Shown here: positions 53,657-58,165 of the stretch, piece by piece
Position numbering within the stretch: position 1 is the first letter of the stretch
Layout of the letters: each line of letters opens with the position of its first letter
Source of the DNA: Burkholderiales bacterium
GTDB taxonomy: Bacteria; Pseudomonadota; Gammaproteobacteria; Burkholderiales; SG8-39
DNA: 58,165 bases
Assembly: GCA_036274335.1 (NCBI GenBank)
Contig: DASUFW010000185.1
Coordinates: 1-58,165, forward strand
Direction of reading: 5' to 3'
Program-made: the position numbers and the translations under genes
The notes under the pieces: generated by a model
What the model was told of the DNA's origin: nothing
What the model saw: only the letters and a program-made list of their open reading frames with translations
Database searches by the model: none

Positions 53657-55057
53657 TCAAAGGCGCTTCTTCAGCTCCTGCTTCTGCACCTTGCCGAGCG
53701 CGTTCTTGGGCAGCGCATCGGCGAAGACCACGCGCCGAGGGTGCTTGTAGCGGGCGAGCCGGTCCCGGAACAGCGCCAGGACGCTGGGCTCATCGAGCGT
53801 CGCCCCCTCCCGACGGACCACCACGGCGCACGCCGTTTCTCCCCACTTCGCGTCGGGCATGCCGACGACGGCGGACTCCGCGATCGCCGGGCAATCGGCC
53901 AGCACATTCTCCAGCTCGGCCGGGTAGATGTTCTCGCCGCCTGAAATGATCACGTCCTTGGAGCGGCCCATGATCCAGTAGAAGCCTTCCTCGTCGACCC
54001 GCGCCAGGTCCCCGGAATGGAACCAGCCATCGCCGTCCAGCGCCGCCGCGGTCGCCGCGGGGTCGTTCCAGTAGCGCCGCATCACGTTCGGCCCGCGCAC
54101 GCAGATCTCCCCCTCCAGCAGCTTGACCTCGCAGTGCGCTGCGGCCTTGCCGGTGCTGCCGACCTTGCGCGATGCATCCTCGCGGGTCAGCACGATCGCG
54201 ATCGGCGAGGTCTCGGTCGAGCCGTAGATCTGGCCGACCGGGACCCCTCGCGCATGGAACACGCGGATCAGCGAGTCGGGCACCACCATGGACCCCGTGT
54301 ATACCAGCCGCAGGCTCGACAGGTCGGTCCGCGGCCATTCCGGGTGGGAGATGACGGCCTGCATGGTCGCGGGCACGAGCAGCGACAGACTCGGCCGGCG
54401 CGCCGCAACATCGGCCAGCCATCGCCCCGGTTCGAACCGGCGGTGCAGCGTCACCGTCGCGCCCGCGAGCAAGGCGGGCAGGGTCTGGTTGTTCAGGCCG
54501 CCGACGTGGAACATCGGCAGCGTGCTCAGCACGTGGTCGGCCTGGCCGAGATCGTGTGCATGGATGCTGTTGTAGCCGTTCCACAGCAGCGCCGATTGCG
54601 TGAGCACGGCGCCCTTCGGACGCCCGGTGGTGCCCGAGGTATAGACGATGAGCAGCTCGTCGTCATCCTCGCCCTGGGTCTCGATTCCGGCGGCGGCATC
54701 CAGCCGCCCCATGGGCACGCCCAGCGCGCGGGCCGCCTCGACATGCTCCGCGTCCGCGAACATCCAGCGCGGGGTGCAATCCGCCAGGATGTCGCGGTGC
54801 TCGGCCGCCGTGAGGCGCCAGTTGAGGGGCACCAGCAGGGCACCGCGCCGCGCCGCGGCCAGCAACAGCACGAGCATTTCCGGATCGTTGAAGCCGAGCC
54901 ACGCGATGCGATCGCCCTTGGCGACCTCCAGCGCGCCTGCTGCCTCGACAATGCGCCTCCAGAGGCGGGCGTAGGTCCAGTCCTCGCCTTCGACATGCAG
55001 CGCCACGCGCGCCGGCGCGTGCCGCGCCCAGTACTCGACGATGCGCGAGAGATTCAA
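53657..55057 (-). CDS. Adenylate-forming acyl-CoA synthetase/ligase (class I AMP-binding)
   Basis: 466 aa. LIVYTSGTTGRPKGAVL, GQIYGSTET, WFHSGDLA, PKNALGKVQK. Confidence 0.88.
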   Translation of the reverse strand: MNLSRIVEYWARHAPARVALHVEGEDWTYARLWRRIVEAAGALEVAKGDRIAWLGFNDPEMLVLLLAAARRGALLVPLNWRLTAAEHRDILADCTPRWMFADAEHVEAARALGVPMGRLDAAAGIETQGEDDDELLIVYTSGTTGRPKGAVLTQSALLWNGYNSIHAHDLGQADHVLSTLPMFHVGGLNNQTLPALLAGATVTLHRRFEPGRWLADVAARRPSLSLLVPATMQAVISHPEWPRTDLSSLRLVYTGSMVVPDSLIRVFHARGVPVGQIYGSTETSPIAIVLTREDASRKVGSTGKAAAHCEVKLLEGEICVRGPNVMRRYWNDPAATAAALDGDGWFHSGDLARVDEEGFYWIMGRSKDVIISGGENIYPAELENVLADCPAIAESAVVGMPDAKWGETACAVVVRREGATLDEPSVLALFRDRLARYKHPRRVVFADALPKNALGKVQKQELKKRL

Positions 55058-55058
55058 G

Positions 55059-56312
55059 TCAGTCGTCTTCGCCCGGCTCGTAGAGCGCTTCGCGACCGAT
55101 CCGGTCCAGGCACAGCTCCGCTGTCCAGGGCAGCATCAGCGCCCCGCAGCGCGAGTCGCGATACAGGCGCTCGAGGGGCAGCGACTTCAGCATCGACTGT
55201 CCGCCGCAGGTGCGGATCGCGAGCCGGCAGAGGTCGTTGGCGTTCTCCATGATCGTGTACTGCGCCGCGTAGGCGCGCAGCCGGGCGTCCTTGGGGGGGT
55301 CGACGCGCGCGTCCTCCAGCATGCGCAGGAAGAGCGCGCGGGTCTGCTCGAGCGTCACCCACATCTCGGCCACGGCGATCTGCTTGGTGGGATACATGCG
55401 GCGCTTCACCGGCGGCATGCCCGGCACTTCGCCGCGCAGGTAGCGCACCGTGAACTCGTAGGCCGCGATGGCGATCCCCATGTAGGTGGGCGAGAGCGTC
55501 GTGAACATGTGGGGCCAGCGGCTTGCCGCCTGGAAGTACACGCCGCGCGGCATCATGGTGCCATCGTCGGCCACGAACACGTCCTTGAAGACCAGGGTGC
55601 GCGACACCGTGCCGCGCATGCCGAGCGGATCCCAGTCGCCGGTCACCGAGAGGCCGGGCGCATCGCCCGGGACCGCGAGGTAGAGCGTGTCGCGCATGGA
55701 GAGCTGCGGCTTGTTCTCCGTGCACAGGACGCCGTAGTAGTTCGCCGCGCCGGAGAGCGAGGCGAAGATCTTCTTGCCGTTGACCAGCCAGCCGCCCTCG
55801 ACCTTGGCGGCGGTCGTGCCGAACGGCGCCTTGCCGGCGGCCGCCGCGCTGCCTTCCGAGAACGGCTGGGCGTATACCGCGCCCTGCCGGACCACGCGCT
55901 CGAAGTGCACGGCCCGGCAGCGCTCGTGCTCCCCGCGTTGCGCCGGCGTCATGTCGAGGTCGTCGGCCAGCAGCCCGGGCCACAAGGTCGAGCACGCATG
56001 CATGTTGAACGTCAGCGCGGTCGCGCCGCAGTACTTTCCCAGCGTTGCGGACACCAGCGAGTAGGTCCTGAGGTCGGCGCCCATGCCGCCGAACTTTTCG
56101 GGCACGCACAGGCCGAGCAGGCCGGCGGCGCGCAGCTCCGCGTAGTTCTCGAAGGGAAAGCTCGCCTCGCGGTCATAGCGTTCGGCGCGCGCCGCGAAGC
56201 GCGGGCCGAGCTCTTCGGCCAGGCCGATCAGCGTGCGTTGCCGGGCAGTCAGGGGGTAGTTCGAGCCGACGACGCCGTAGCGGGGATCGGGCGAGGGCAG
56301 GGCGGAGTCCAT
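55059..56312 (-). CDS. Acyl-CoA dehydrogenase-fold flavoprotein
   Basis: 417 aa. ACAD-like N-terminus (FPFENYAELRAAGLLGLCVPEKFGGMG). The C-terminal helix reads RLYRDSRCGALMLPWTAE, without the usual YEG(T) catalytic-base context. Confidence 0.78.
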   Translation of the reverse strand: MDSALPSPDPRYGVVGSNYPLTARQRTLIGLAEELGPRFAARAERYDREASFPFENYAELRAAGLLGLCVPEKFGGMGADLRTYSLVSATLGKYCGATALTFNMHACSTLWPGLLADDLDMTPAQRGEHERCRAVHFERVVRQGAVYAQPFSEGSAAAAGKAPFGTTAAKVEGGWLVNGKKIFASLSGAANYYGVLCTENKPQLSMRDTLYLAVPGDAPGLSVTGDWDPLGMRGTVSRTLVFKDVFVADDGTMMPRGVYFQAASRWPHMFTTLSPTYMGIAIAAYEFTVRYLRGEVPGMPPVKRRMYPTKQIAVAEMWVTLEQTRALFLRMLEDARVDPPKDARLRAYAAQYTIMENANDLCRLAIRTCGGQSMLKSLPLERLYRDSRCGALMLPWTAELCLDRIGREALYEPGEDD

Positions 56313-56321
56313 GCGGCGGCC

Positions 56322-57056
56322 TCAGAGCTGGTGGCGTTTCAGGAATGCGGCGAGGGCTTCACTGAAGGCTTCCGGCTGGTCCATCGGTCCGAGGTGGCCG
56401 CAGCCTTCCAGGCAGACATATTCGGCCCCCGGGATCCGGGCCGCCATCTTTTCCATGACCGCGGCCGGCGCGACCCGGTCGTCGCTTCCGGCGAGCACCA
56501 GCGTCGGCACCGAGATCGCGGCAAGGCGGGCCCGCTGATCGAACGTCGTCAGCAGGTGCACGGCCTTGCGATAGGTGTCGGGCGGCACCTCCGACATGAC
56601 CCGCTGCGCCAGCGCGACCCCGTCCCCGCGCGAGCGCGTGCCCCGCATGGTCGGGATGACGCGCGCCGCAATTTCGGCCATGGTCTTGCCCTGCTCCAGG
56701 GGGGCAATGCGCGCGGCGATGAACTGGCGCGCAAAATCCGACCCCGCGCCGCCGAAGGAGGCGCTCGTGAAGCTCAGCACCAGCGCCCGGAAGCGCTCGG
56801 GAAAGCGCGTATAGGCTTCCTGGGCAACGAAGCCTCCCATGCTGTGGCCGACGACGACCGCGGGTTCCGCCGGAAGCCAGCGCAGCAGGGCGTCCGCGAC
56901 CTGCGCAAGATCGTAGGGCTCGACCGTTGGGGATCCCCCGTAGCCCGGCTGGTCCCAGGCGCGCGCGTCATAGCCTAGCCCGGCGAAGTAGGGCAGCTGC
57001 CGGTCCCAGACTGCGTGGTTGCCGCCCACGCCATGCAGAAACGCCAGCGGCGTCAC
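56322..57056 (-). CDS. Alpha/beta-fold hydrolase
   Basis: GTG start in a GTGA overlap with the upstream gene's stop. HG oxyanion motif (FLHGVGGN), nucleophile elbow GHSMGG, C-terminal GCGH. Confidence 0.82.
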   Translation of the reverse strand: MTPLAFLHGVGGNHAVWDRQLPYFAGLGYDARAWDQPGYGGSPTVEPYDLAQVADALLRWLPAEPAVVVGHSMGGFVAQEAYTRFPERFRALVLSFTSASFGGAGSDFARQFIAARIAPLEQGKTMAEIAARVIPTMRGTRSRGDGVALAQRVMSEVPPDTYRKAVHLLTTFDQRARLAAISVPTLVLAGSDDRVAPAAVMEKMAARIPGAEYVCLEGCGHLGPMDQPEAFSEALAAFLKRHQL

Positions 57057-58120
57057 TCGGCGAGCCGCCCCTCGCGCACCACGGCCTTGCCGTCGAGCTC
57101 CACGGTGCAATGCCGGAAGGGCAGGTCGAAATGTCCCAGGGTGTGACGTCCGGCGACCTCGTTGGCGCCGGTCGAGTACAGGAAATTGCCGGCGAAAGCG
57201 CGCTGCTCGGTGCCGTTCACGTCGGCCCGGTCGTACATCACCAGCGCATCCCAGCGCGCCCGCTCGTTCATCCCCCAGCCGACATGGGACACGGCGTACG
57301 CCTCCCGATCGCCCCAGGCCGCGAGGTACTCGCGCATCAACTCGGCATCCAGGGAATCCCCCTCGATCCGCGTCACGTAATCGCCCTCGACGTGCAGGCG
57401 CACGGGCGCTTCCACGTACCGCTTGAAGGTCAGGTTGAGGTCGCCCGGTGCCAGCACCAGCGTGCCGTTGACAGATCCCGCCTTCGGAAAGCACAGACAC
57501 AGGCCGCCGGGCCAGTGGGAGAGGGTGCCCGGCTTTTCCGTGTAACCCCAGACGCCGCCGACCCGGGCGCCCTCCACCCGGATCTCGAGCGCGGTGCCCG
57601 CCGGGGAGGTCACGGCCATGCGCCTCGCTTCGCGCAGCCTGCGCATCGCTCCCCTCACCTTCTCCTCGTCCGTGGGGGAGGGGGCCAGCCGCTCGAGCAC
57701 GTCCGGGTGCTCGTTCGAGACGTAGAGGACCCGCGCGCCCCCGGCCAGAATCGCCGGCAGCTCGGCGGCGTGCATCAGGCCCTCGAGTGTGCAGTCGACG
57801 ATGAAGCGCGACGCCGACAGGGCCTGGATGGCCGGCCCGAGCCCCTGGAGGGCCACGGAGGCACCGGTGGAGCGAATGGGAACGGGCGCGCTCTGGCGGG
57901 GCGTAGGCACGCTCACGTGAAACGGCCGCGCACCGAGGCGCAGGAGCGCGAGCTCGGCCAGCTGGACGTTGAGGGCGCGCGATTGAGACTCCGACAGCAC
58001 GGCGCAGACGTCCGCTGCGGCGACCTTGCAGCGGCCGAACACCTCGGCGAACAGATCAATCCACTTGCCTTCGAGTCGGTCGGTCAGCATGTCGATGCAA
58101 TCGTAATAGAATCTGCGCAT
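57053..58120 (-). CDS. 2,5-dihydroxypyridine 5,6-dioxygenase (NicX)-like protein, aminopeptidase-T (M29) fold
   Basis: 355 aa. The blocks SHWPGGLCLCFP, GTLVLAPGDL, VSHVGWGMNERARW, AFAGNFLYSTGAN and GHFDLPFRHC resemble NicX as I recall it. The start could be M11 (58090). Confidence 0.65.
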   Translation of the reverse strand: MRRFYYDCIDMLTDRLEGKWIDLFAEVFGRCKVAAADVCAVLSESQSRALNVQLAELALLRLGARPFHVSVPTPRQSAPVPIRSTGASVALQGLGPAIQALSASRFIVDCTLEGLMHAAELPAILAGGARVLYVSNEHPDVLERLAPSPTDEEKVRGAMRRLREARRMAVTSPAGTALEIRVEGARVGGVWGYTEKPGTLSHWPGGLCLCFPKAGSVNGTLVLAPGDLNLTFKRYVEAPVRLHVEGDYVTRIEGDSLDAELMREYLAAWGDREAYAVSHVGWGMNERARWDALVMYDRADVNGTEQRAFAGNFLYSTGANEVAGRHTLGHFDLPFRHCTVELDGKAVVREGRLAE

Positions 58121-58165
58121 GAAGATCTTCGACCTCCAGTGCGGCGCCGGGCACCGGTTCGAGGG
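58119..58165 (+). CDS. 5' end of a DUF1178-like (zinc-ribbon) protein gene, truncated by the window edge
   Basis: ATG AAG ATC TTC GAC CTC CAG TGC GGC GCC GGG CAC CGG TTC GAG encodes MKIFDLQCGAGHRFE, matching the typical DUF1178 N-terminus (M-x-x-FDL-x-C-x-x-GH-x-FE). Confidence 0.45.
   Translation, partial: MKIFDLQCGAGHRFE

Noticed and set aside
47822-58165. Possible island downstream of tRNA-Leu, including a 9-nt match (CCGGGCACC near 58141-58152) to the tRNA-Leu 3' end
   Set aside because: A 9-mer of that composition is expected by chance in GC-rich DNA. There are no mobility genes and no compositional shift, so there is no support for a bounded mobile element. The tRNA-adjacent location of the partner-switch cluster is noted only as context.

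Overview
High-GC proteobacterial chromosome segment, G+C judged by eye at about two-thirds and not computed. It is almost fully coding: I call 69 protein genes and 4 tRNAs, with very short or negative intergenic distances and many GTG/TTG starts. Most of it is conserved housekeeping synteny. The blocks are pyrG-kdsA-eno-ftsB; uvrB / rne / rluC; maf / yceD-rpmF-plsX-fabHDG-acpP-fabF; rpoE-rseA-rseB-degP-lepA-lepB-rnc-era-recO-pdxJ-acpS-nagZ; and efp / uvrC-pgsA followed by tRNA Gly-Cys-Leu. This order resembles Betaproteobacteria, possibly Burkholderiales, but that is inferred from gene order only. Three stretches look accessory. (a) 8.8-16.1 kb holds an EctD-like dioxygenase, a SAF-domain oxidoreductase, a coupled 83-aa ORF, an orphan ParA-like ATPase, and a tightly packed minus-strand array of OMP, small ORF, signal-peptide SAM-methyltransferase, MFS, class II aldolase and CMD. 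(b) 47.8-52.8 kb lies directly after the tRNA-Leu 3' end. It encodes a complete RsbU/V/W-type partner-switching set with no sigma factor: a CHASE2-PP2C phosphatase, a STAS protein and a GHKL anti-sigma-type kinase, interleaved with an MBL-fold hydrolase, a FecR-domain protein and an OmpA-like protein. This is the most system-like candidate in the window. (c) 52.8-58.1 kb is a catabolic cluster pairing a NicX-like (2,5-dihydroxypyridine dioxygenase family) protein and an alpha/beta hydrolase with an ACAD-fold flavoprotein, an adenylate-forming ligase and a hydratase. Nucleotide-level oddities are also reported. These include AT-only palindromes with back-to-back -10 hexamers in tiny divergent intergenic regions, an SD-sequestering palindrome before rne, a canonical terminator hairpin abutting the lepA start codon, a probable CTG start that restores the signal anchor of the CHASE2 protein, and three convergent gene pairs sharing a CTAG double stop. 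No CRISPR array, IS element, integrase or rRNA was seen. All family assignments come from reading the translations and were not checked against databases.
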